DNA from: a virus
Strand: one strand, 5' to 3'
Virus record (IMG/VR): IMGVR_UViG_3300009151_000041
Span: 1-64,000 of that record
Length of the DNA stretch: 64,000 nt
The notes beneath the pieces were generated by a model, which was not told the origin of the DNA, made no database searches, and worked only from the letters and a program-made list of their open reading frames with translations. Shown piece by piece: positions 38,815 through 47,762 of this stretch; the first letter of the stretch is position 1, and every line of letters begins with the position of its first letter. The position numbers were made by a program, and so were the translations under genes.

Positions 38815-39939
38815 TTAATGCCCTAGATTGTAAAATTTACTAAAATTTGATTTGAGATAAAATATTTTGTCTGGCACTTTTAACGCAGTTTCATTTAGAT
38901 ATCGGCGAAACCCAGACTCTTGCACAATATTGTATAGTCCTTTGAGATAGTCGATGGCCATCTGGTCTTTGACTTTTAACTTTTCCACCAGAGTTGGATT
39001 GGCACCATACAGATCTGTTTGCATGACGTTTTTATCAGAGCTGAGCTGTATTCCACCATACTGGTAAATTTTAGTTTTCTGTGCCACACTCACTCCTATT
39101 GTGAGTTCTGGATGCCGCCCACAGGCTGTTGAATAATCAAAGTATTTTTTGTTTGTAAAAGAATTTATATTGAGCTGATTGCATGTCAAAATTTCTGCAT
39201 CATCACCATCTTGAAACTTTATTGGCAGTTGATTCATGGCATTTGCCAGCAAATGACTTTGTTTGAGATGCAGTATAGGATCTAGGAAAAATGGTTCAAC
39301 ATTACTAACACCTATCACTTGTCGCATTGGACGATCTTCTATAGCTGACCACCAAGTGCCATTTCTAAATTTCAAAGTGGGTTTTTCGTGCCCAGACAAT
39401 AGTGCCCAGTTATAGGCACCGTGATTGGCTGCACAGTATTCATAGCTTTGAAGATCAACTCCGCCAAGATCAAAAGATCTAGTGTCGCCAAAATCTTCCA
39501 AGGCCCAATTCTCATTTTTTATAATTTCTGATCGCTTGTTCCAATCTAAAATGTCATGATGTGTGATCTTGGTTGTTTTGTCCCAGTAGTGTTCTTTCAA
39601 CCAGTCAAGATGTCTCAACGGATACCAAGGCACACGTTTGTTTGCCAAACACACTATTTCATCAATGCGAATGCGATTGCGAGCAAACACATTCAACACA
39701 GTTTGACTGTCTGTGCCGCCTGACCAAAAGAAAACCAGACGTTCGTATTTGTTTCGAATGTGTTTGGCATGCCGATCCATCAACAGGTCAAATGATTCCG
39801 CAGGTTCCTTAGTCCAGTCTATGGCACTGTATTCTAGATCATTGCAATGAAATACTATTGGTGATCTTGATTTATAGTTTTCATACCAAGCCAAGTATGG
39901 GTTGAAATACCTGTTGCCATTGACTGTGTAATAGAACAT
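38815..39939 (-). CDS. Adenine-nucleotide alpha-hydrolase (PP-loop) superfamily protein
   Basis: FFWSGGTDS PP-loop; AT-rich. Confidence 0.7.
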   Translation of the reverse strand: MFYYTVNGNRYFNPYLAWYENYKSRSPIVFHCNDLEYSAIDWTKEPAESFDLLMDRHAKHIRNKYERLVFFWSGGTDSQTVLNVFARNRIRIDEIVCLANKRVPWYPLRHLDWLKEHYWDKTTKITHHDILDWNKRSEIIKNENWALEDFGDTRSFDLGGVDLQSYEYCAANHGAYNWALLSGHEKPTLKFRNGTWWSAIEDRPMRQVIGVSNVEPFFLDPILHLKQSHLLANAMNQLPIKFQDGDDAEILTCNQLNINSFTNKKYFDYSTACGRHPELTIGVSVAQKTKIYQYGGIQLSSDKNVMQTDLYGANPTLVEKLKVKDQMAIDYLKGLYNIVQESGFRRYLNETALKVPDKIFYLKSNFSKFYNLGH

Positions 39940-39941
39940 TG

Positions 39942-40916
39942 TTAAGGAACGATAGATTTGATTTTGGATCTTTGAATGATTCGAGTCCAAGTGTTTTGTT
40001 GATCTTGGTGCAACTTTTCAAAGGAATCTGGCCAATCATCTTGTGCAGGATCAATCACGCCTTTGTCGCGCAGTTCTGCAAATGCACGAGTCCATGCTGT
40101 CTTGCTGTCTGCTCTGATTTTGCGAACAATAGCATCGGGAGTTCCTGCGGAGGCCATGATCACATACATCTGGCGAACCACAAAACCGTCAAGTCCTTGT
40201 TGTGCCATTGTGCGAGTATTTGCAAATGCCGGCCACGGGCGGTTGTTGATCACTGCAATAACGTTGAACTTGCCCAAGGCAGCATTTTGCTCAATAAGCG
40301 CACTGGTAGGCGTCACAACAAAATCCAACACCCCACTGGACAGATCATTCATGATCTGTGGTGTGCCTTTGTACGGTACCGCAGTCATTTCTATACCAAA
40401 GTGATTTGACAGACTGGCGCCAAAAATGTGATGCGGAACACCAATGCCGGGCATGGCATAGTTCAACACCTTGGTCCGTGCCCAGGCTTCAAATTCTTTC
40501 AGATTGGTAACTTTTGAGTTGCTGTTTACCACAACAACAAACGGAGTAGCATCACCTAGATAGGCCACACCTACCATGTCTTTCTGCCACTCATATCCAG
40601 GATTACTCAAAATATGTTGAGGACCCAGGTTACCAGTTTGAACCATGCTTAATGTGTATCCATCCGCTGGCTCACTCAGCATGTGTTTGATACCCAAGTT
40701 GCCACCGCCCCCAGGACGATTTTCAACCACTACTGGTGTGCCCCAAATATCACTCATGTGCTTGGCCCACACCCTGGCAGCAATGTCAGTGCCGCCACCA
40801 GGTTGAAATCCAACCATAACTTTGATTGGTTTAGATGGCCAATTAGCCACTTGTGCAGTGGCAACTGCTGCCAGAAATATTGCAGATACTGCAACAAAAA
40901 TTTTCAATAGACTCAT
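39942..40916 (-). CDS. Tripartite tricarboxylate transporter substrate-binding protein (Bug/TctC family)
   Basis: Signal peptide, WPSKPI, PGGGTD..AR, VENRPGGGG, ADGYT, VPYKG. Confidence 0.92.
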   Translation of the reverse strand: MSLLKIFVAVSAIFLAAVATAQVANWPSKPIKVMVGFQPGGGTDIAARVWAKHMSDIWGTPVVVENRPGGGGNLGIKHMLSEPADGYTLSMVQTGNLGPQHILSNPGYEWQKDMVGVAYLGDATPFVVVVNSNSKVTNLKEFEAWARTKVLNYAMPGIGVPHHIFGASLSNHFGIEMTAVPYKGTPQIMNDLSSGVLDFVVTPTSALIEQNAALGKFNVIAVINNRPWPAFANTRTMAQQGLDGFVVRQMYVIMASAGTPDAIVRKIRADSKTAWTRAFAELRDKGVIDPAQDDWPDSFEKLHQDQQNTWTRIIQRSKIKSIVP

Positions 40917-40936
40917 ACTAACTCCTTTTTAAAAAA

Positions 40937-41323
40937 TTATTCGAATTTTAACTCCGCAGTGATCTTCTTCAGTCGATCAAATCGGAAACTGCGCCACTCT
41001 TGCTTTTCCATGTCAAACACCCGCAGGCTGTGTGGGTCTGGTTCTTTGCGAGGCTTCTTGCTTTCTTTAACAATGCCATCCACTGGTGATGACAGTTTTA
41101 TTGCGTCCGGGGGAATTTTGTCCCAGTTGAGTGTGCAAAGCATTTCGCGATCAGTGCCATCTGCCTTGACAAAGGTCACCGTGATTGTGCTTTTTTGTAG
41201 TAGGCTTTTGATCCAATCACGGATGATAGCCTTGTTGACATCATCTGCTTCTTGGTATTGTGTGCCTGGTGCTCCTCGGAGCAGCCGCACCACTTCTTGT
41301 TTTTCCCATGTTTCCATATCCAT
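40937..41323 (-). CDS. WYL_2/SH3-like beta-barrel protein
   Basis: VTFVKADG..R.M.CT, VFDMEKQEWRSFR. Confidence 0.75.
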   Translation of the reverse strand: MDMETWEKQEVVRLLRGAPGTQYQEADDVNKAIIRDWIKSLLQKSTITVTFVKADGTDREMLCTLNWDKIPPDAIKLSSPVDGIVKESKKPRKEPDPHSLRVFDMEKQEWRSFRFDRLKKITAELKFE

Positions 41324-41361
41324 AATGAGTTCTCCTCTATAAGTTAATAAACGCTTTTTGT

Positions 41362-41649
41362 TCATGTAAATTTTAGCAAAAATACAAGATACTTTTTTTC
41401 ATCCACAATACGATATCCATCTGTGATGTTGCCATCCACAAGGTTTAGTTTGATTCCATAGTGTTCTTCCATGTAACCTTCAAAGTCGTATGCATCAAAT
41501 TCTTTAGCGGTGGCTTGATATTCTCGGCGTATTTTTTTTAAAGCCGCCCAATACGTCCAACGCTTGCGCCTGAACTCGAGCTCAGGATCGTCATCGTCAT
41601 AGTCTTGTAACGGGGGAATACTAGCCACGGCGCATGGTTGCGATGTCAT
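41362..41649 (-). CDS. Hypothetical protein
   Basis: C-terminal IVDEKKY..FLLKF; start uncertain. Confidence 0.55.
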   Translation of the reverse strand: MTSQPCAVASIPPLQDYDDDDPELEFRRKRWTYWAALKKIRREYQATAKEFDAYDFEGYMEEHYGIKLNLVDGNITDGYRIVDEKKYLVFLLKFT

Positions 41650-42019
41650 GTGCTTCTTCGTTTGAGAAGATGGGCACAGCATTGGACTTGTGCATGGTAC
41701 CCACACCAATCATTTTGGTACCAGTGTATTGTGGTATGACCTTGCTGGACACAGGACCCAACACAGAGTCAGCACGACTGGGAATTGCATGTCCGCTAGG
41801 ACGGCCTGCAGGTGTGCTCAATTTGTAGTCCAGTGGGGGTGCTTTCATGGCACGACTGCGGCGTTTGTCGTCAGCATCCACGTCCCACTTCTTTTGCAGT
41901 TCCTTCCACGAAGCATCAAGCTCGCGGGCTTTTTTTGCTTCTTCTGCATTACGGAATTTCACTTTGCCTTTGCGCTTGCCGCCAAGACTCAAACTGGGGT
42001 GGTGGAGGTGCATACTCAT
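41621..42019 (-). CDS. Conserved basic phage protein
   Basis: YTG....G.GTMHKSNAVPIF; ATGA-coupled. Confidence 0.65.
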   Translation of the reverse strand: MSMHLHHPSLSLGGKRKGKVKFRNAEEAKKARELDASWKELQKKWDVDADDKRRSRAMKAPPLDYKLSTPAGRPSGHAIPSRADSVLGPVSSKVIPQYTGTKMIGVGTMHKSNAVPIFSNEEAHDIATMRRG

Positions 42020-42174
42020 CGTGGGTCTTTCAAAGGTTGCGCAGGCCGGGTGGAACAAAACTCACAGGTTGGATCGTCACACTTGGTGTCAATCCATTCA
42101 TTGGTCACTTGATTGTAGTAGGCATCATACTGTTCAGAATACGCAATGTCTTTTTCACCATTATTCTTAATCAT
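42016..42174 (-). CDS. Small Cys-containing protein, 52 aa (not in ORF track)
   Basis: MIKNNGEK..YDAYY...EW..KCDDPTCEFC..RP; ATG 7 nt from the -10 box. Confidence 0.65.
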   Translation of the reverse strand: MIKNNGEKDIAYSEQYDAYYNQVTNEWIDTKCDDPTCEFCSTRPAQPLKDPR

Positions 42175-42180
42175 GTATTG

Positions 42181-42209
42181 ATTATAGCATGAGTAGGTTT
42201 ATTGGTCAA
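42181..42209 (-). promoter_or_regulatory. sigma70-type early promoter TTGACC-17-TATAAT (extended -10)
   Basis: Read directly. Confidence 0.85.
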
Positions 42210-42219
42210 GTACTACTTT

Positions 42220-42534
42220 TTACTTAAAAAGTATCAAGGCCATGCACCCTGCTTGCAGTATAAACCCAAAGCCAATTGTGATGATATTGAGCATGTCTTT
42301 TAGCACCACCGCCCGCAAGAACAGCAGCACTAGGCCGCCCCATAAGAATAGGATCATATCCAGTCCCGGGGTCTTGTCCGATAGCCCAGTCATCAGTGCT
42401 AGAAAACTGGGCAAGGTTGCACAGTGCAACACAATGGCTGCCAGCCAGCCCAGTGTGTCTGCGGAGAGTGTGGCCAAACTGTTGCTTAGAAATTCACGGA
42501 TAGCAATGATTGTTACAGGAAATTTAAAAGGCAT
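42220..42534 (-). CDS. Small multi-pass membrane protein
   Basis: Three hydrophobic segments; follows the cell wall hydrolase gene. Confidence 0.65.
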   Translation of the reverse strand: MPFKFPVTIIAIREFLSNSLATLSADTLGWLAAIVLHCATLPSFLALMTGLSDKTPGLDMILFLWGGLVLLFLRAVVLKDMLNIITIGFGFILQAGCMALILFK

Positions 42535-42536
42535 GA

Positions 42537-43109
42537 TTATGCTCCGTAGAAAATGTGACGACCAATTTTGTCAATTTTGGGCTTTTTCCAGCCCGGGCTG
42601 ACATAATCAGCATGATAGTAAAGTGCGCCTTTTAATCCAGGCAGTCTAAAGTTTTCCAGCAAGACTTTTTTGGCTACCAGTTCACTTTCGGCCCACAAGG
42701 GCTGGTATACCGGTCGGGTCTTGTGAGTGGTTTCGCAAACCCACGAAAATTGGCAGATTACTCGTTCGTAGATCACGTTCTTTTGATGCACAACACCGCA
42801 AACTGAATTTCCAAAACGTCCAGAGTCCACACGGTTCATTGTGACTTGGGCCACAGCTACTTTGCCTTCAAACGGCTCCGAGGCAGCTTCCCAGTAGATG
42901 TTGCGAGTCAAGCAATCCAACTGACGGATTTTTTCTTGAGCAGTTACATAACCAGCAGGCATTGATTCAATGCCGGACCGGAGCTCTGCTAGTTTGTGGT
43001 TGCATACTGCAATCACGGCCAATATTACCAACCAAAGTCCTGCGACTTTGAAGGCACGCGAACTCCAGATGGCAAGTTGATTACTGATATAGTTTACTTG
43101 TGTTTTCAT
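42537..43109 (-). CDS. SleB/Hydrolase_2 cell wall hydrolase
   Basis: CL..NIYWEA..E...GK.AVA.V..NR, CQFSW, YHADYV.P.W, IGRHIFY. Confidence 0.92.
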   Translation of the reverse strand: MKTQVNYISNQLAIWSSRAFKVAGLWLVILAVIAVCNHKLAELRSGIESMPAGYVTAQEKIRQLDCLTRNIYWEAASEPFEGKVAVAQVTMNRVDSGRFGNSVCGVVHQKNVIYERVICQFSWVCETTHKTRPVYQPLWAESELVAKKVLLENFRLPGLKGALYYHADYVSPGWKKPKIDKIGRHIFYGA

Positions 43110-43196
43110 GGTAGTTTTACTTACTCTGATGGTGGCGGATCCGGACGTTTCCGGGCCAAAATGGTGCCGTTTTGGAGTAAACGGCGCAGTTATCTA

Positions 43197-44009
43197 TCAA
43201 AACTGGCAGACCGGTATTGGCAGCATCTTGTGCATGTTTCTAGCACGAGTGTCTTGATACCGCTTGAGTTTTTTTCTGTCATCCGCTGATAATTTGGCAC
43301 TACCGGGCATGTCTGAGTCCACTGCCTTGCATTGTTTCAAAAAGTCCAAGGCCATCATGCGTTCAAGATCTGGATAGCTCATGCCCAGTTGTCCTTCGTC
43401 TGTGCGCCCATCATCCCAGAGACCGTCAGTGGGTTCAGCGTCGATGATCTCTTGTGGCAGACCAAATTCTCGTCCCATGTCCCACACCACGGTTTTCATG
43501 CAGTCGCCAATGGGCGAAATATCCACACCACCGTCGCCGTATTTGGTAAAGAAACCCACACCAAAGTCTTCCACGCGATTGCCTGTGCCCACCACAAGAC
43601 CGCCATGGCTTTGTGCAATTTGATACAAGGTCATCATTCGCAATCTAGCACGGCTGTTGGCAAAAGCCAGTTCAACTTGCGATGCATCTATTGCACCACA
43701 AAATGGATCAGTCTTCTTTTCAAACGCAGAAAACACTGTTGTTAGATCCACGCTCATGTGTGTTACTGTGTCAGGATATCGTTCCAGCAACCAAGTGGCT
43801 TGCATTGAACTGCGATTGTTTAAGGTCTTGTTTTGCCGAATAGGCATTTGCACCACAATGGTTGTCAGCCCGGTTTCGGCGCACAAGGCACTCACAACCG
43901 ATGAGTCGATACCGCCCGAAACACCCACTACCAGTGTGTGAATGTTGGCGCCCTTGGTGTAGCTCTTGATCCATTTTACAATGTGCTTGATACGTTGTTT
44001 AGAGTTCAT
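43197..44009 (-). CDS. nadE: NH3-dependent NAD+ synthetase
   Basis: GVSGGIDS, N.RARLRM..LY, GTGN, FFTKYGDGG.D, PT.GL, DE.QLG..Y. Confidence 0.95.
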   Translation of the reverse strand: MNSKQRIKHIVKWIKSYTKGANIHTLVVGVSGGIDSSVVSALCAETGLTTIVVQMPIRQNKTLNNRSSMQATWLLERYPDTVTHMSVDLTTVFSAFEKKTDPFCGAIDASQVELAFANSRARLRMMTLYQIAQSHGGLVVGTGNRVEDFGVGFFTKYGDGGVDISPIGDCMKTVVWDMGREFGLPQEIIDAEPTDGLWDDGRTDEGQLGMSYPDLERMMALDFLKQCKAVDSDMPGSAKLSADDRKKLKRYQDTRARNMHKMLPIPVCQF

Positions 44010-44015
44010 GATAGT

Positions 44016-44044
44016 ATTATATACAAATAGTTAAGTTGTGTCAA
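44016..44044 (-). promoter_or_regulatory. sigma70-type promoter TTGACA-17-TATAAT for nadE
   Basis: Perfect consensus; ATG lies 7 nt downstream of the -10 box. Confidence 0.85.
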
Positions 44045-45450
44045 ATTTTCAGAGAATACTTTGAAAACTCGTCTATCAGCCAAGGAAACACCTTGGGCCA
44101 GCTTGTCCCACGGCGACGATCAATTTCATTTAAAAAATAAAATAAATTTTGTATTTCTATTTGATTAGGGCCGCCATGGGCCGATTGCTGCGCAATGCCT
44201 TCTAGATATCTGCGACTTGATTGTTGTTCTTTACCTATCATAGGTTTTAAGGCAACGGCACGGGCAAAGTCTGATTGAAAAATATCGCCAAAAATATCAA
44301 TGAACATGTAGCTGGGCGAATTTACAGAATTTTGATAGTGATAAATTTGTCGATCTTGTTGCCAAATATTGATTTTTTCAATCAACTCGGGCAATGTTTT
44401 GATAGTCAATGGTGTAATAGTGCTACTGACAATGAGATTGATCCAAGGCTGTTGAACTAGATATTCAAAGTTGCTCTGCCACACTTTGAGATCCAGTGGA
44501 TATCTAACATACTCTTGTGGAGCTCCCCAGCAGTCTAAGCTGGCTGTTATTTCAAACTCTCTCAACTTGTTGCTATTAACAAGTTTTTTAACTTTTGCAA
44601 CCAGTTGTTGAACACGTTCTAACTTTGCATTGAGATTGGTAAAAATTTGCAGCTTGAGTTCAGGAGCAGGGTACTGCTCAAATAAATCCAAACATTGATT
44701 GGTTTCGTCTTGATATAACGGTTCACCTCCCAAGATATTAAACACAGTAAGGTGCTGTGAGTTCAGTCGAATCCAGTCAAATAACTTTTGTTTATTGCTT
44801 TCGATGTTGACACTTTTGTCAAACGCAGTAAGGTGTACCCCTTGTTGATGGAATGCACCGTGTTTTTTATTCTCTGCGTCCCACAGACTGCTAAAATGCG
44901 GGCCACAATATAAACATTTTAAATTACAAGTATTGTCAAAATAGATCTCTAAAATGCGTGGAGTGACGGCAGTTGCATTGCAGTTAACATCTAGTTCTAT
45001 AGGAGCATGGATTCCAGGAAAATCCAAATTGGTAATTCTATCACTTTGTCCACCCGCAGCTTCAATGTTTTGACAGTAGTTGCAACCATTTTTTGGCCAT
45101 TGGCCTTGCAACATTCGTTGTCGATCTTCTAGCTTAGTAGGAGTGTTATGAAAATCAAATTTGTCAATGTCAAATTTATGAGCGTTGGTTCTATGGCAAC
45201 TGGCAGTACTTTCTTTTGTTAAAAATACTGTGCTCCAGTTCCATTTTAGTTGACATGCTGTTTCAGTTTTAATTGGAAATCGTCGATTGGTTAGTTTGCT
45301 GTTTTTTGCATACTGACCTGGGCGATATCCAAATATTTGCTGACATTCATTTTGAATGTGATCAGGCAGCTGATTAAAATCCTGTTCATGATCACATTCA
45401 GGCCAACTTGGATCTTTTATGTTTTGATAAAACTCTTTCCAAGTAGACAT
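44041..45450 (-). CDS. N-terminal twitch-domain radical SAM protein
   Basis: C..KW...SCHR...C.YC...E, CNLKCLYC, GGEP; short DPSWP.C leader domain. Confidence 0.88.
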   Translation of the reverse strand: MSTWKEFYQNIKDPSWPECDHEQDFNQLPDHIQNECQQIFGYRPGQYAKNSKLTNRRFPIKTETACQLKWNWSTVFLTKESTASCHRTNAHKFDIDKFDFHNTPTKLEDRQRMLQGQWPKNGCNYCQNIEAAGGQSDRITNLDFPGIHAPIELDVNCNATAVTPRILEIYFDNTCNLKCLYCGPHFSSLWDAENKKHGAFHQQGVHLTAFDKSVNIESNKQKLFDWIRLNSQHLTVFNILGGEPLYQDETNQCLDLFEQYPAPELKLQIFTNLNAKLERVQQLVAKVKKLVNSNKLREFEITASLDCWGAPQEYVRYPLDLKVWQSNFEYLVQQPWINLIVSSTITPLTIKTLPELIEKINIWQQDRQIYHYQNSVNSPSYMFIDIFGDIFQSDFARAVALKPMIGKEQQSSRRYLEGIAQQSAHGGPNQIEIQNLFYFLNEIDRRRGTSWPKVFPWLIDEFSKYSLKI

Positions 45451-45459
45451 GCTACAATA

Positions 45460-45957
45460 TTACCATTTTGTCCCCGGTTTGGGCATTGATTTTAGTTTGT
45501 TCCATACTTCTGCTTTCTCTTTGCATTTCTTTTCTAACTTGCGATAGCGTTCGCCCAGTCGGCGCAGTTCATCCCACTCTTTTTCCAGTTCAGGATTTGG
45601 TGTGAGAATGTTCAGTCTCTCTTCTACCTTTTCCATCCAGTCCTTGAGACTTTTACCATTGATATCAAGATCAGCGTTTTTGCCTCGGAGGGTCATCTTG
45701 CCACTTTGTTCAATGGTGGCAGCGGTGGTGTTGTAATCTGGACTGAGTCGAAAACTACCAGTGCCTGTGGTGTTTGTGGTCCAAATAGTGTTGGGACTGG
45801 GGCCTGTTCCGCCGTTGCCAATAGTGAATCCACCAGAGCTAGTACTGATAGTTACATTTGGCACGGTGTTTGCTTCATACCCTACACCACCTGGTGGAAT
45901 CGCACCATATGAAGGATGAGTTGTTAGGTTTTTTGTCCAGTCAATGTGATTTGCCAT
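45460..45957 (-). CDS. Hypothetical protein
   Basis: Low-complexity N-terminus, coiled-coil C-terminus. Confidence 0.6.
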   Translation of the reverse strand: MANHIDWTKNLTTHPSYGAIPPGGVGYEANTVPNVTISTSSGGFTIGNGGTGPSPNTIWTTNTTGTGSFRLSPDYNTTAATIEQSGKMTLRGKNADLDINGKSLKDWMEKVEERLNILTPNPELEKEWDELRRLGERYRKLEKKCKEKAEVWNKLKSMPKPGTKW

Positions 45958-46097
45958 GTTCCGTCTTTGTTGTCAATCCACTGAACTGTGTCGCCTACTT
46001 TCCAGCCCAGCTCTTCACACAATTCAGTGCCAAGATCCAACAACAGTTCTTCGGGATTGTCGGGATCCTCAATTACATTCACAGTTCTAGTCATCAT
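45924..46097 (-). CDS. AbrB/MazE-like small DNA-binding protein
   Basis: L.L..E.CEELGWKVGD.V.W pattern. Confidence 0.65.
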   Translation of the reverse strand: MMTRTVNVIEDPDNPEELLLDLGTELCEELGWKVGDTVQWIDNKDGTWQITLTGQKT

Positions 46098-46782
46098 TTT
46101 TGGTGCCAAACAGTTGCAGTAGGTTAACAAAAATGTTGATAAAGTCCAAGTACAAGGTGAGCGCACCTAGGATTTCTGCAGGTGTGTCTGGATCATCCAC
46201 ACTGACCATTTCACGGATTTGCTGTGTGTCATAGGCTGTGAGGCCCAAGAATATCACAATAGCAATAGCAGAGATAACCATGGTCATCACCGAACTGCCA
46301 ATGAAGATATTCACAATGCTTGCAATGATGATGGCAATCAAGCCAATGAACATGAACTGTCCAAGACTCTCCAAACTACGTTTGGTAAAGTATCCGTAAA
46401 AACTCATGGTAGCAAATAGAATAGCACTTGACACAAACGCCATTACCAAGCTACCTGTGGTATAAACATGCACAATAGCGCCCATACTGATACCCATAAT
46501 ACCTGCAAACCCATGCAACAAGCCCACAGCCACTGAGTGTGATGGGTTGTTGGCAAGTGCATAGCTTACTCCAAATATTGCTACCAAGGGCAAGAACAGC
46601 GTGATCCATTTCATCACCCCAGTGAAAAAGAATGCCATGGCGGCCGGACTGGATGCTAATACTCCAGCTACCACTGCTGACGTAACAATGGCCAAGAGCA
46701 TGTGATTGTACACACGCAACATGGCCGAGTTCACTTCTTCAGCGGTTCTGTAAGATGTTTCCGGTATGGTTGCTTCGAACAT
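46087..46782 (-). CDS. Bax inhibitor-1/YccA family membrane protein
   Basis: Seven TM segments, TAYDTQ.I, GALTLYLDFINIF. Confidence 0.92.
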   Translation of the reverse strand: MFEATIPETSYRTAEEVNSAMLRVYNHMLLAIVTSAVVAGVLASSPAAMAFFFTGVMKWITLFLPLVAIFGVSYALANNPSHSVAVGLLHGFAGIMGISMGAIVHVYTTGSLVMAFVSSAILFATMSFYGYFTKRSLESLGQFMFIGLIAIIIASIVNIFIGSSVMTMVISAIAIVIFLGLTAYDTQQIREMVSVDDPDTPAEILGALTLYLDFINIFVNLLQLFGTKNDD

Positions 46783-46924
46783 GTTTTTCTCCATGAAATT
46801 TAAAATGCTGGACAGCACGAGCAAACTTGTTTCGTATCAATTGCTCGCGTTGTTGCTGGGACATAAACAAGGGCCATGATTCTTCATGGTGTTTATGTGA
46901 TTGCTGTTCTCTATCCTGGATCAT
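46739..46924 (-). CDS. Hypothetical protein
   Basis: ATGA-coupled to the upstream gene. Confidence 0.4.
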   Translation of the reverse strand: MIQDREQQSHKHHEESWPLFMSQQQREQLIRNKFARAVQHFKFHGEKHVRSNHTGNILQNR

Positions 46925-47109
46925 TTTGCGGCTAGTGCTTCTTTCTCAGCGGTAATCTCTTTGCGGCGTTCCTTGATGCCTTTGCTCATTTCCTGCAGGG
47001 CCTTGCGAGCACGAGCAGCCGAAGCTTTCACACCTTTAGTTGCAAACTTCTCGTTTTCGGCGAGGTAAGTTTCATATGCGGCCACGATTTGTTCATGTTG
47101 TGTTGTCAT
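46921..47109 (-). CDS. Histone H1-like Hc1 N-terminal-domain-like protein
   Basis: EKF..KG.KASAARARKAL.E..K..KE.RK pattern. Confidence 0.65.
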   Translation of the reverse strand: MTTQHEQIVAAYETYLAENEKFATKGVKASAARARKALQEMSKGIKERRKEITAEKEALAAK

Positions 47110-47131
47110 GATAGTTCCTTTATAAAAAATA

Positions 47132-47160
47132 ATTATACACTGTGCTCTGCACAATGTCAA
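47132..47160 (-). promoter_or_regulatory. sigma70-type promoter TTGACA-17-TATAAT
   Basis: Perfect consensus. Confidence 0.85.
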
Positions 47161-47188
47161 GAAAAAACCTGGCGTTTGGCACTCCTGC

Positions 47189-47431
47189 TTAGAGGTATAT
47201 GTGTCTTCGGTTCCAGGTGTCCCATACTGTGACCAAGTCCCAGTCGTGTGTCCACGTCAATCTAAAATTCTCAAAGGCCTGTTGATGATGTATCATCAAC
47301 TTGTTGCCCGACACTGATGCATGTTCTATTTTGTGTGATCGAATCCAAGTCTTAAACTGTGATTCAGCCTGCTGACTGCGCAGGATTACAATGTACAGCG
47401 GTTCGGCTGTACGAAAATTAGAAATGCTCAT
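47189..47431 (-). CDS. Hypothetical protein
   Basis: Operonic ORF. Confidence 0.6.
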   Translation of the reverse strand: MSISNFRTAEPLYIVILRSQQAESQFKTWIRSHKIEHASVSGNKLMIHHQQAFENFRLTWTHDWDLVTVWDTWNRRHIYL

Positions 47432-47686
47432 TTAGTGGATTGTGGCCCCATCAGGGATGCGAGATTGCAGTAGATGCTTGATATTTACATCATTTAACAG
47501 TTCGGCAAAACTTTCATCTATGTCAATCCTATCATCATCATGTTCAGCGGCACGTTCTTCATCTACGCCAATTAGGCGCATCATGGCACCCACATGCAGT
47601 TGCCGTTGACCATTGGCATACAAAACTGCCATGACCTCCAGCATTACTGTACGCACGAATTCATACAATGGATCTGTTTCTTGCAT
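47432..47686 (-). CDS. Hypothetical protein
   Basis: Operonic ORF. Confidence 0.6.
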   Translation of the reverse strand: MQETDPLYEFVRTVMLEVMAVLYANGQRQLHVGAMMRLIGVDEERAAEHDDDRIDIDESFAELLNDVNIKHLLQSRIPDGATIH

Positions 47687-47718
47687 GTAGTAATTATGAT
47701 TTGATCAAAATAATCAAC

Positions 47719-47745
47719 AAAAAGGCGACCGAAGTCGCCTTGTTT
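47719..47745 (-). terminator. Rho-independent terminator with UUCG loop
   Basis: AAGGCGAC-TTCG-GTCGCCTT-TTT on the minus strand. Confidence 0.85.
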
Positions 47746-47762
47746 GTGTGCAAAGTTAGCAA

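Noticed and set aside
37697-46782. Bacterial chromosome or prophage-flank origin of the host-like genes
   Set aside because: They are interspersed with phage genes, use the same phage promoter motifs and lack their usual bacterial operon context; no integrase or att site was seen.
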